DNA from: Myxococcales bacterium
GTDB lineage: Bacteria > Myxococcota_A > Polyangia > Polyangiales > Houyiibacteriaceae
Assembly: GCA_013002645.1 (NCBI GenBank)
Contig: JABDJF010000546.1
Coordinates: 1 to 27,387 of the forward strand
Length of the DNA: 27,387 bases
Reading direction: 5' to 3'
Both the position numbers and the translations under genes were made by a program. This document shows, in pieces, positions 1 to 8,429 of the stretch. The notes beneath the pieces are model-generated. The model was given only the letters and a program-made list of their open reading frames with translations. It did not search any database and had not been told where the DNA came from. Position 1 is the first letter of the stretch, and each line of letters opens with the position of its first letter.

Positions 1-1655
1 TTGAGGTCGCGGCGGGTCTGATCTTCGAGGTTGCCGCCGATGAGGGCCTCGACCGGGGAGACCGCGTTTTTGTCTTCGATGAAATCGCCGAGGTGGCTGT
101 CTTCCTCTTCGCCGATTGGGGTCTCGAGGCTGATCGGCTCTTTGGCGATTTTCAAAACCTTCCGGACCTTCTCGAGCGGCATCTCCATCCGCTCGGCGAT
201 CTCCTCTGGATCGGGCTCCCGGCCGAGCTCCTGCACCAAGTAGCGCGAGGTCCGAATCAGCTTGTTGATGGTCTCGATCATGTGGACCGGAATTCGGATC
301 GTTCGGGCCTGATCTGCGATGGCCCGGGTAATGGCCTGACGGATCCACCAGGTCGCGTAGGTCGAGAATTTGTAGCCCCGCCGGTACTCGAACTTGTCTA
401 CGGCCTTCATCAAGCCGATGTTGCCTTCCTGAATCAGATCGAGGAACTGCAAGCCGCGGTTCGTGTACTTCTTGGCAATCGAGACGACGAGACGGAGGTT
501 GGCTTCCACCAGCTCGGCCTTCGCCCGCTCAGATTGGCGCTCACCTTCAGCAAGAGCCCGATACGTTTCGCGCAATCGTTCAACGGGCTGCCCCATGGCT
601 TCTTCGACATCGACGATGGAATTCTGGGCATCACGGATGTGTTCCTCAGAAAGAAGAATCTGCTCTTCCGATCCGTACTTTCGATGAAATCGTTTCTCGA
701 CGGCTTTGCTCTCTTGCATGTCGCGCACTACGCGCTTCATGTCTTTGAACTGGAGCCCACCTACGCGGGCTTCGGCTTCGTTGATCTCTCGCTCGGCCCG
801 CTCGACGCGGCGCGTGTAACCCTTGATCGCAGCGACGACGCGATCGATCTGTTTCTTGGTGAGGTTGAGCTCCCGGAGAAGCGAGATCCGGTCCTCGAGA
901 TGCTTTACGAGCTGCGCCGTGTGCTGCTTCTTGCTCCGGTCGGACACCTTCTGCCTGCTCTCGAGCTCACCGCGAACTTTCGTCATCGATGCCTCGATGC
1001 GCTTGACCTTGTCGAAGACCTTGAGGGCGCGAACCTTCGCGGCCTCGAAGTCGACTTCCTCTTCTTTGTCCAGATCGCGGACCACGTCCTTGATGCGAAG
1101 CCTGCCCTTTCGCAGGGTCTCACCGATTTCCAGAATCTCGCTCACGCCCACGCGGGAATTGAGAATCACATGGAAAATCTTGCTTTCGCCATCTTCGATG
1201 CGCTTTGCGATTTCGACTTCGCCCTCGCGCGTGAGCAGCGAAACAGAGCCCATTTTCCGCAGGTACATCCGGACGGGGTCGTTCGACTTCTGGGTGTAGC
1301 TGTCATCGGCAGGAGGTGGAATCGTGGAGGTGCGGCGCGCGGCACTCCGCGTCGCGGCAACGGGAACCTCGCTCGTTCGGCTCTGTCCTTCAGGCGCGCC
1401 ATCGACCACATCGATGTCTTCGCTCTTGAGCCAAACCATCAGATCGTCGATTTGATCAGACGTCACCATATCCGGTGGCAGCGCCTCGTTCAGCTCGTCA
1501 TACGTCAAATGCCCCTGCATCCTGCCGCGCTCCAAGAGCACCTGCACTTCCTTGCGCTCGCGCCCTTTGAGCTTTGGAACTACGCGCGACACGGGTTCAG
1601 AGTCGAACTTGGATGAAGTCGATTCCTCGGTACGTACTGAGCTCTTGCTCGCCAT
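1..1655 (-). CDS. rpoD: Primary RNA polymerase sigma factor RpoD (sigma70), 3' end runs off the window
   Basis: Absent from the ORF track because it is truncated. Manual translation from ATG at 1655 (SD-like GAGGTG overlapping the dnaG stop): [12 protein letters not shown]...[28 protein letters not shown] (region 1.1), [63 protein letters not shown] (region 2), [20 protein letters not shown] (region 3.2). Lies directly downstream of dnaG. Confidence 0.98.
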   Translation of the reverse strand, partial: MASKSSVRTEESTSSKFDSEPVSRVVPKLKGRERKEVQVLLERGRMQGHLTYDELNEALPPDMVTSDQIDDLMVWLKSEDIDVVDGAPEGQSRTSEVPVAATRSAARRTSTIPPPADDSYTQKSNDPVRMYLRKMGSVSLLTREGEVEIAKRIEDGESKIFHVILNSRVGVSEILEIGETLRKGRLRIKDVVRDLDKEEEVDFEAAKVRALKVFDKVKRIEASMTKVRGELESRQKVSDRSKKQHTAQLVKHLEDRISLLRELNLTKKQIDRVVAAIKGYTRRVERAEREINEAEARVGGLQFKDMKRVVRDMQESKAVEKRFHRKYGSEEQILLSEEHIRDAQNSIVDVEEAMGQPVERLRETYRALAEGERQSERAKAELVEANLRLVVSIAKKYTNRGLQFLDLIQEGNIGLMKAVDKFEYRRGYKFSTYATWWIRQAITRAIADQARTIRIPVHMIETINKLIRTSRYLVQELGREPDPEEIAERMEMPLEKVRKVLKIAKEPISLETPIGEEEDSHLGDFIEDKNAVSPVEALIGGNLEDQTRRDL

Positions 1656-1657
1656 CT

Positions 1658-3490
1658 TCACCTCTGCTTGATATTCGACTTGAGCTTGTGTGCGCTGCGC
1701 GTCAGCTCCACAAACTCTCGAGTGAGCCCTGCCGCAAGTACTTCGTCGCCAACGCGGCGCGCGTCGACGATGCGCTGTTGCAATCGGGGCAGCTCGTGTT
1801 CGATGTTTTTTCGTTCGAGAAGCGGAAGGCCATCGTCGAGAATTCGACGTGCTTCCTCGAGGCCGTGCTCCTGCACCGCCAACTTCGCTTCCAACCACGG
1901 CCTGAGCTGATTGTCGGTCAACTCGTCGAGCAATACCGTGACATCGAGCGATCCCTGCCTATCCACCATCTGCAAGATAGAATCAAAGATGGCGCGAAGA
2001 TCAGGACTCGTCAAAAGCTTCGGAAGCTTGTCGACCCCTTCATGATGAACCAAGGTCGGCTGATCGATGAGCAGCGAAATCAACTTCAACTGTAACTCCG
2101 ACACTCGCGTTGCAATCGGCTGCTGCACTGCGTCACGACGAGCAATGCTTCGATCGGTCGGTCGACCCAGTCCGCGGCGCAACTCGCGACGCACCAAACC
2201 TAGGTCCGCGATCCCAAATTTGCGGGCAACGCGTTCGACATAAAGACCGCGTGCGATCGGGCTTTCAACCTTGGCAAGAATCGGACCAAGTTTGGCGATC
2301 GACTCGGCCTTGGCGTGCGGGTTCGATTCCGAGTTGGCGGCCGAGTCGTCGATTAAATATTCGATTATGGTGGGTGCGCTCACGATTCGAATTCGCAAAG
2401 ACTCCTCTCCCTGCTCTCGGAGGAAGCTGTCGGGGTCGGCGCCCTGCGGCAGCGTCGCGACGTGCGCTTCGAGCCCGGCTTTGCTCACGACTGCATGCGC
2501 TTCGCGAACCGCCTTACGGCCGGCCTTGTCGCCGTCGAAGAGCAAGACGACCTTCTGCGCGAAGCGTTTGAGCAGTTTGGCATGTGCTTCGGTGAAGGCC
2601 GTGCCCATGGGTGCAACCGCGTTCTGAAAGCCTGCTTGGTGCAATGCGACCAGGTCGAAATTACCTTCACACAGCACGCTGGCCGCTTCGCGGCGGATTT
2701 CGACTCGCCCCTCGTGTAGTCCATAGAGAACCTCGCCCTTGTGATAGAGCTGGTTCTCCGGGCTGTTGAGGTACTTCGCGGGAGGCTCCTTCTGCGCGTC
2801 CATCGACGGTGCGGGGGCGAGCGCTCGGCCACTGAAGGCCACGACTTTGCCATGAACATCGGCGATCGGAAACATCAGCCGGTGGCGGAAGCGGTCGTAG
2901 TGGCCGCGGCCCGAACGGCGCGGAACGATGAGGCCGACCGCTTCCGCGTCGGCAGGTGATGCACCGGCACGCTCGAGGAAGCTCACGAGCGAATCCCAAC
3001 CGTGAGGCGCATAGCCCAAGCGAAACTTGCCGGTGGACTCTTCGCTGATGCCGCGGTCCAAGAGCTCTTGGCGCGCGATGCCGGCATCAGGATGCTCGAG
3101 CAGCTGGGCGCAATAGAACTCGGTTGCCTGCTCCATCAACGAAGCCAGGCGCTCGGACTGCTTTTTGTTGCGCTGGTGCTCTGCCTCGCGCTGAGGATCA
3201 TACACAGGCAGCTGAACTCCGGTTTGCTCCGCGAGGTCGCGCGCGACTTCGGGGAAGGTCTTCCCCTCCACGTGCATCAGAAACGAGAAGATGTCGCCCG
3301 ATGCCTTACAGCCGAAGCAATGGTAGAAGCCGCGACTCGGATGCACGTAGAAGGACGGAGTCTTCTCGTTGTGGAAGGGGCAAAGGCCCTTGAGGCTGTT
3401 CCCCGACTTCTTGAGCGCGACGTAGTTGCCGATGACGTCTGCGATGGGTGCTCGGTCGCGGATCTCAGCAATCTTGTCTTCGGAAATCAC
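1658..3490 (-). CDS. dnaG: DNA primase
   Basis: Zn-binding [13 protein letters not shown]...YHCFGC; [10 protein letters not shown]; KYLNSPE; TOPRIM motifs CEGNFD and FDGDKAG; DPDS. GTG start; canonical dnaG-rpoD order. Confidence 0.98.
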   Translation of the reverse strand: MISEDKIAEIRDRAPIADVIGNYVALKKSGNSLKGLCPFHNEKTPSFYVHPSRGFYHCFGCKASGDIFSFLMHVEGKTFPEVARDLAEQTGVQLPVYDPQREAEHQRNKKQSERLASLMEQATEFYCAQLLEHPDAGIARQELLDRGISEESTGKFRLGYAPHGWDSLVSFLERAGASPADAEAVGLIVPRRSGRGHYDRFRHRLMFPIADVHGKVVAFSGRALAPAPSMDAQKEPPAKYLNSPENQLYHKGEVLYGLHEGRVEIRREAASVLCEGNFDLVALHQAGFQNAVAPMGTAFTEAHAKLLKRFAQKVVLLFDGDKAGRKAVREAHAVVSKAGLEAHVATLPQGADPDSFLREQGEESLRIRIVSAPTIIEYLIDDSAANSESNPHAKAESIAKLGPILAKVESPIARGLYVERVARKFGIADLGLVRRELRRGLGRPTDRSIARRDAVQQPIATRVSELQLKLISLLIDQPTLVHHEGVDKLPKLLTSPDLRAIFDSILQMVDRQGSLDVTVLLDELTDNQLRPWLEAKLAVQEHGLEEARRILDDGLPLLERKNIEHELPRLQQRIVDARRVGDEVLAAGLTREFVELTRSAHKLKSNIKQR

Positions 3491-3533
3491 CGCCGCGTCT
3501 CGCCCATGCTCGCCGTCCTTGCGAAGTGAGGGC

Positions 3534-3561
3534 AGTGTAGGCTTCGTCTGGTTCTTGGCAA
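3534..3561 (-). promoter_or_regulatory. Putative sigma70 promoter of dnaG-rpoD
   Basis: On the - strand: TTGCCA (3561-3556), 16-nt spacer, TACACT (3539-3534), about 45 nt upstream of the dnaG GTG. Confidence 0.45.
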
Positions 3562-3590
3562 GCGCCGCGGGCCGCTGTAGTTGTGGCGCG

Positions 3591-4331
3591 ATGGCTTCGA
3601 CTCGTGCACCACTCCGGCGAATCCTTTGGGTCTATGCCTTGGTCTGCGCGTCGGTCTTTGCGGTCACCCGGCTCGATTCGATCGCAGTCGTAGGGCAGTA
3701 CGTCCATCTCGTGGTCGCCGCGATCTTTCTGCTGACGGCGATCCGGCTCACACGAAACGACCCTTCACACTTCGGCGTTGCGCTCGGGGGTCTCCTCGAA
3801 TCGCCGCAGGACGATCGAGCAGCGGGACCGCTCGGGCTTTTCGACCTCGGTCGCGCGATTCACGACGCGCTGCCCATCGCGGCCACGGAGCTCGGAGTCT
3901 CGCTTGGAATCGCAGCGGTCGTCTTTCCGATATACGCGGCCGGCTTCTACTGGTGGACTGAGCCTGCCGGAGCTTTCACGCTCACACTCCCGCCCAATGC
4001 GACGAGCTTCGTGCTGGCGCAGCTGATCGTGGTCGCCTTGCCCGAAGAGGCGTTCTTTCGCGGCTACCTCCAGACGGCATTGAGCGACCTCGAAGAGCTT
4101 CGACTGCGCGTGCTGGGGGTGAAGCTCGCGCCACGCGCATGGGTGCTTCAGGCAATCCTGTTTGCGGCGATCCATTTCATCGTCGACCCCCACCCTGCGC
4201 GCCTCGCGGTTTTCTTTCCCGCTCTTCTCTTCGGATGGACGCGCGGATGGCGCGGCGGAATCGGTGCAGCGCTCGCTCTCCATGCGATGAGCAACCTTTA
4301 TTCCGAGATTCTGACGCGGAGTTGGCTATAA
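3591..4331 (+). CDS. CPBP-family (Abi/CAAX-like) intramembrane glutamic endopeptidase, myxosortase (MXAN_2755)-like
   Basis: Multiple TM segments; VALPEEAFFRGYLQT (EExxxR), LFAAIH, RLAVFFPALLFGW, ALALHAMSNL motifs. Start moved to ATG 3591 because the longer ORF call (3426) overlaps dnaG. Confidence 0.85.
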   Translation: MASTRAPLRRILWVYALVCASVFAVTRLDSIAVVGQYVHLVVAAIFLLTAIRLTRNDPSHFGVALGGLLESPQDDRAAGPLGLFDLGRAIHDALPIAATELGVSLGIAAVVFPIYAAGFYWWTEPAGAFTLTLPPNATSFVLAQLIVVALPEEAFFRGYLQTALSDLEELRLRVLGVKLAPRAWVLQAILFAAIHFIVDPHPARLAVFFPALLFGWTRGWRGGIGAALALHAMSNLYSEILTRSWL

Positions 4332-4338
4332 CTGCGGT

Positions 4339-5187
4339 ATGCAGGTCACTCCGCCCGCTCCCCCCATTCTCACGGAAACGGTTCGTCGCGCGCTTTCCGA
4401 AGACATCGACCGCGGAGATCTGACCAGCGAGGCATGTGTCGAATCGACCACGATAGGTACGGCCGAGCTCAACTGCCGCGAGCCCGTCGTCGTTTGTGGG
4501 CTTCCGATTCTCGATGAGGTGTATGCGCAGGTCGACCTTCTCGTCGATGTCGAGAGGCACGTAGACGACGGCGATCCCTGCGGAGAGGGCAAGAAGCTTG
4601 CCACGATTTCCGGACCCGCCACCTCGATTCTGCTCGGCGAGCGGGTCGCGCTCAATTTCATGCAACGCCTCACCGGCGTATCGACGATGGCGAAGCGTTT
4701 CGTCGACGCCTTGCCCGAGGGCTCGTCGACCCGAATCACCGACACCCGAAAGACCACCCCCGGCCTCCGTGCCTTCGAACGCTATGCGGTTCGCTGCGGC
4801 GGTGGCTACAACCACCGGGAAGATTTGGGTGCTGCAGTCCTGATCAAGGACAACCACATCGCCGCGGCCGGCGGCGTCGGTCACGCGATTGAGCGGGCGC
4901 GAGCCTATGCGCCACACACCTGCCGCATCGAATGCGAGGTCGACACGCCGGGGCAGTTGCAAGAAGCGCTGGCCGCGGGAGCCGACATCGTGATGCTGGA
5001 TAATTTCGACGACGAGCAAGTGGGTGACGCGCTGACCCTCGTAGGTGGCCGGGCGCTCGTCGAAGTGTCGGGCGGGATCACCCTCGATCGCGTCGCTCGC
5101 CTCGGCGCACTCGGAGTCGATGTCATTAGCGTCGGCGCCCTCACTCACTCGTCGCCAGCCTGCGATCTCGGCTTGGACTGGAGCTAG
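4339..5187 (+). CDS. nadC: Nicotinate-nucleotide pyrophosphorylase (quinolinate phosphoribosyltransferase)
   Basis: EDIDRGDLTS, ERVALNFMQRLTGVST, DTRKTTPGLR, NHR, LIKDNH, ECEVD, MLDNF, EVSGGIT, ISVGALTHS. Confidence 0.97.
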   Translation: MQVTPPAPPILTETVRRALSEDIDRGDLTSEACVESTTIGTAELNCREPVVVCGLPILDEVYAQVDLLVDVERHVDDGDPCGEGKKLATISGPATSILLGERVALNFMQRLTGVSTMAKRFVDALPEGSSTRITDTRKTTPGLRAFERYAVRCGGGYNHREDLGAAVLIKDNHIAAAGGVGHAIERARAYAPHTCRIECEVDTPGQLQEALAAGADIVMLDNFDDEQVGDALTLVGGRALVEVSGGITLDRVARLGALGVDVISVGALTHSSPACDLGLDWS

Positions 5188-5190
5188 CCG

Positions 5191-5973
5191 ATGGTCGAGG
5201 ATCTGCAGCCCGAGCGGCTCGGCGAGTTGATCCGTGGTGGCTGGGGCCGGTCGTTGACCATCAAAGAGAGCACCGCCTCCACGATGGACGATGCGTCTTC
5301 CGCAGCTGCGGACGGTGCACGGGACGGCCATGTAGTGCTTGCCGACCAACAAACTCGTGGGCGTGGCGCGCACGGGCGGCAGTGGGACTCGCCGCCGCGC
5401 TCCGACCTCTATTTTTCCGTGGTCGCCCGCCCCCCGGTCGAACCCGCCTCGACTGCATTGGTGACGCTTGCGAGCGGGCTCGGGGTTCGCGACGCGGCGG
5501 CCAGCTTCGTGCACGGCCGGGCCGTCCAGGTGAAATGGCCGAACGACATCTGGATCGAGCAACGCAAGTGCGCCGGCATTCTCGTCGAAAGCCGGACGCT
5601 TGGGATACGCATCGATTCGGTCATCATCGGCATAGGGCTCAATGTGAACCGCATGCAATGGCCGGACGAGCTCGAGGGCGTCGCCACGTCACTGCGCGCC
5701 GAAGCGCCGGGCCAGCAACTCTTGGACCGTGCAGAAGTGTTGGCCGCCGTCCTGTTACACATGGAGCGCTGGGTAAATCGGCTCGTCGAGGATGGCGCAG
5801 CCGCGGTGGTGGACGCCCTTCGGCCAAGCCTTGCGCTTCTTGGCGAACGAATCCGATTCGAGGGAGGCGAGGGGATCTTCGAGGGCATCGATCATGACGG
5901 CGCGGCCCTAGTGCGGACCCAGGCCGGCCTGCGTGCTCTTCACGCCGCCCGCATCGAGCGGGTCGATGGCTGA
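5191..5973 (+). CDS. birA: Biotin--[acetyl-CoA-carboxylase] ligase, monofunctional (no N-terminal HTH)
   Basis: AST-MD, QTRGRGAHGRQWDSP (GRGRxGRxW-like), VKWPNDI, KCAGILVE, IGIGLNV, C-terminal SH3-like FEGIDHDGAALV. Confidence 0.93.
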   Translation: MVEDLQPERLGELIRGGWGRSLTIKESTASTMDDASSAAADGARDGHVVLADQQTRGRGAHGRQWDSPPRSDLYFSVVARPPVEPASTALVTLASGLGVRDAAASFVHGRAVQVKWPNDIWIEQRKCAGILVESRTLGIRIDSVIIGIGLNVNRMQWPDELEGVATSLRAEAPGQQLLDRAEVLAAVLLHMERWVNRLVEDGAAAVVDALRPSLALLGERIRFEGGEGIFEGIDHDGAALVRTQAGLRALHAARIERVDG

Positions 5974-6018
5974 GCCCGGTGCTTGCCTGCGCGCGGCCCG
6001 CGCCCCAAGACTGGCCTG

Positions 6019-6945
6019 ATGGCCCAGGCAAACGAGCTTGATTGGTTGGAAGATTCCGTGGGGGTTCTTGCACTCGACGACCGCGCGATCATTTCGGTGG
6101 GCGGGGACGACGCGCGCGAGTGGTTGCAGGGCCAAATCACCAACCAGCTCGAGCACGTCGAGCCTGGGAGCTCGGTATACGGCTTCGTCCTGACCTTGAA
6201 GGGGCGAATTCTCGCGGATGTGTATGCGCTCGTTCGAGAAGGCGAGCTTTGGCTCGATGTCCCTGCCGCACAGGTCGACGCTCTTCTCGAACGCCTCGAT
6301 CGCTACATCATCATGGAGGACGTCGATCTCGAGCACCAAAACCGCCTCCACGTCGTCGCAGCCCAGGGCCCTCGTTCGAACGAGCTACGGGCCGACGGAT
6401 GGCCTGCCGACCGGCTCGGCCAAGGCGGTCGGCAATGGGTAGTCACGGACGCGGAGCTCGAATCGGAGCGGACGAGCCTGATCGCGCGCGGTCAAGAGCT
6501 TGGCGGCGGCGCCGTCGGCAGTGAGGCCTGGGCACGGGCTCATGTCCTTTACGGAAGGCCTCGCTTCGGTGTGGATTTCGGCGCTTGGACCTACCCCCAG
6601 GAGAGCGGCCTGAGCCCAATCGCCGTCTCTTTCAACAAGGGGTGCTACATCGGACAAGAGACTGTCGTGATGCTGGAGAACCGCGGCAAGGCCCCCAAGG
6701 TCCTTTGGCGTTGGGCAGTTGAAGGCTCCGTGGCGCCGTCAGCGAAGACCTCCATCACCCTGAATGGTTCGGTCGTTGGCGAGGTCACGTCCGCCGCGGT
6801 CGGTCCAGACGGCGTGCGGGCCCTCGGCTTTCTAAAGCGAGGACACGAATCGGAACGACCAGAAGGCTTCGAGATTGCCGGTCTGCCCGCGAGAGCGCTC
6901 GGCGCGGTGGAAACCGGGCCGGGGGTCCGCGCAGAGCCAAGATGA
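6019..6945 (+). CDS. ygfZ: YgfZ/GcvT-family folate-binding protein
   Basis: GDDAREWLQGQITN, LTLKGRILAD, LDRYIIMEDV and the signature SFNKGCYIGQE. ATG 6019 preferred over TTG 5983. Confidence 0.92.
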   Translation: MAQANELDWLEDSVGVLALDDRAIISVGGDDAREWLQGQITNQLEHVEPGSSVYGFVLTLKGRILADVYALVREGELWLDVPAAQVDALLERLDRYIIMEDVDLEHQNRLHVVAAQGPRSNELRADGWPADRLGQGGRQWVVTDAELESERTSLIARGQELGGGAVGSEAWARAHVLYGRPRFGVDFGAWTYPQESGLSPIAVSFNKGCYIGQETVVMLENRGKAPKVLWRWAVEGSVAPSAKTSITLNGSVVGEVTSAAVGPDGVRALGFLKRGHESERPEGFEIAGLPARALGAVETGPGVRAEPR

Positions 6946-7012
6946 CGCTACGGAACGTCCGGCGCTGGCGCGATTCGCACTCCGACCTTATAGTTGTGGC
7001 CAAAGGAGCCCT

Positions 7013-7336
7013 ATGCTGACCCTGACCCCCCGAGCTGCAGACAAAGTCAAAGAAATCCGAGACGCCGAGGGCCTGGTTGAACAGGGGCTTCGGGTGAGGG
7101 TGATCGGCGGCGGTTGTGCGGGTTTTTCGTATGATTTGTTCTTCGAGAACGAAACATCCGATTTGGATCAGACCTTCAACTCGCACGGGATTCCGATTTA
7201 CGTCGACATGATGAGTGCGCAGTACGTCGAAGGCACCGAAATCGATTATGTCGAGGGCCTGCAGGGCGCCGGTTTCAAGTTTCAGAACCCACAGGCAAGC
7301 CAAACCTGCGGATGCGGCTCCAGTTTCGCCACCTGA
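7013..7336 (+). CDS. A-type Fe-S cluster carrier (HesB/IscA/ErpA family)
   Basis: MLTLTPRAADKVK, LRVRVIGGGCAGFSY, GTEIDY, FKFQNP, TCGCGSSF (three conserved Cys); SD AAGGAG upstream of ATG 7013. Confidence 0.95.
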   Translation: MLTLTPRAADKVKEIRDAEGLVEQGLRVRVIGGGCAGFSYDLFFENETSDLDQTFNSHGIPIYVDMMSAQYVEGTEIDYVEGLQGAGFKFQNPQASQTCGCGSSFAT

Positions 7337-7393
7337 TTCCCCTGTAATTTCAGACTGATGTCGCCGCGGGGCAACTTCTGCCTCATTATTTAC

Positions 7394-7421
7394 TTGCGTC
7401 TGTCTCAGTTTTGTCTAAGTT
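7394..7421 (+). promoter_or_regulatory. Putative sigma70-type promoter of the RpoH-like sigma gene
   Basis: TTGCGT (7394-7399), 16 nt, TAAGTT (7416-7421) in an AT-rich intergenic patch. Confidence 0.4.
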
Positions 7422-7434
7422 TCGTCTTAGCTAG
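7402..7434 (+). repeat. Three tandem 11-bp direct repeats GTCTNAG-N4 (probable operator)
   Basis: GTCTCAGTTTT (7402), GTCTAAGTTTC (7413), GTCTTAGCTAG (7424); exact 11-bp phasing. Confidence 0.7.
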
Positions 7435-7509
7435 TTGGACACCACATGGACAGTGCTCCGGCTCGACAGTGACGTAACGTAACGACAGGAAGCGCATACA
7501 GGAGTCATC

Positions 7510-8346
7510 ATGCAGTCATCCGCATCTCTCGATCGCTACATCCAGCAAGTCCGGGCCATCCCCAAGCTCTCCCGTGAGGCCGAGCACGAGCTCGCCCTCC
7601 GCGCCGGCGAAGGGGACCAAGAGGCGACCGATCGCCTCGTCGAAGCCAACCTACGCTACGTCGTCGCGATAGCCCTTCAGTACCGCCGCTACGGGGTGAC
7701 ACTGGGCGACCTGATTGCAGAGGGGAGCGTGGGCCTGGTGACCGCCGTGCGAAAGTTCGATCCGCATCGCGGGACTCGCTTCGTGACCTACGCGGGCTAC
7801 TGGATTCGCGCTTTTGTCCTGGAGGCGGTCGTGCGGTCCAGCACGATGATCGGCGCCGGCTCTGGGCCGTTCCGGTCAAAGCTGTTCTTCCGTCTTCGCC
7901 GCGAGAGAGCGCGTTTGTCCAACATCATCGCCGATCCTGAAGAGCTGATCGCGACGCTTGCATCCGATTTCGACACGACTCCTGCGAAAATGACGGAGCT
8001 CTTGCGCCGCCTCGATCAGCGCGAAATCTCGCTCGATGCGCCGGCTTACCATGATTCGGACTCAACTCTCGTCGAGCTCCTGCCCGGCTCTGCCGAACCG
8101 CAGGACCAGATCGTCGCTCGTCAGCGCCGACAGAGCGGGATTCAGCTGCGTCTTGCGGGCGCGCTTTCGGTGCTCGACGATCGAGAGCGCCTCATCGTAG
8201 AGAAGCGCATTCTCAGCGACGATTCTGCCTCGCTCGCCGCGCTCGGACGCGAGCTCGGGGTCAGCCGTGAGCGCGCCCGGCAGCTCGAGGCCAGGGCGAA
8301 GAAGAAGCTCGCAACAGAGCTGAAAGACCTGGCTCCTGCCGCCTAG
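7510..8346 (+). CDS. Alternative sigma factor, sigma32/RpoH-like group 3 (myxobacterial SigB/SigC/SigE-like)
   Basis: SLDRYIQQV (1.2), LVEANLRYVV, DLIAEGSVGLVTAVRKFDPHRGTRFVTYAGYWIR (region 2), RpoH-box-like SKLFFRLRR, EISLDAP, region 4 LAALGRELGVSRERARQLE; SD AGGAG. Confidence 0.9.
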   Translation: MQSSASLDRYIQQVRAIPKLSREAEHELALRAGEGDQEATDRLVEANLRYVVAIALQYRRYGVTLGDLIAEGSVGLVTAVRKFDPHRGTRFVTYAGYWIRAFVLEAVVRSSTMIGAGSGPFRSKLFFRLRRERARLSNIIADPEELIATLASDFDTTPAKMTELLRRLDQREISLDAPAYHDSDSTLVELLPGSAEPQDQIVARQRRQSGIQLRLAGALSVLDDRERLIVEKRILSDDSASLAALGRELGVSRERARQLEARAKKKLATELKDLAPAA

Positions 8347-8429
8347 GACACCTGCTCAGATGCAGGGTGCCCCTCCACCCCTCAGGGCCGATGCGATCTT
8401 GGCTCCGCGGGAGTAGCATGTAAGCCACC

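Noticed and set aside
93-1616. 507-aa + strand ORF
   Set aside because: Antisense shadow of rpoD, whose conserved regions read clearly on the - strand; the ORF has no recognisable motifs.
4177-5658. 493-aa - strand ORF
   Set aside because: Antisense to nadC/birA; stop-free frames are expected in GC-rich, codon-biased DNA; no motifs.
6965-6980. CTGGCGCG as a sigma54 -24 element upstream of the Fe-S carrier
   Set aside because: The GC dinucleotide is 8 nt from GG, not the obligatory 10.
7446-7505. ANGGA motifs in the sigma-gene leader as CsrA sites
   Set aside because: Short motifs, one is simply the SD, hairpin support is weak, and no csrA is visible in the window.
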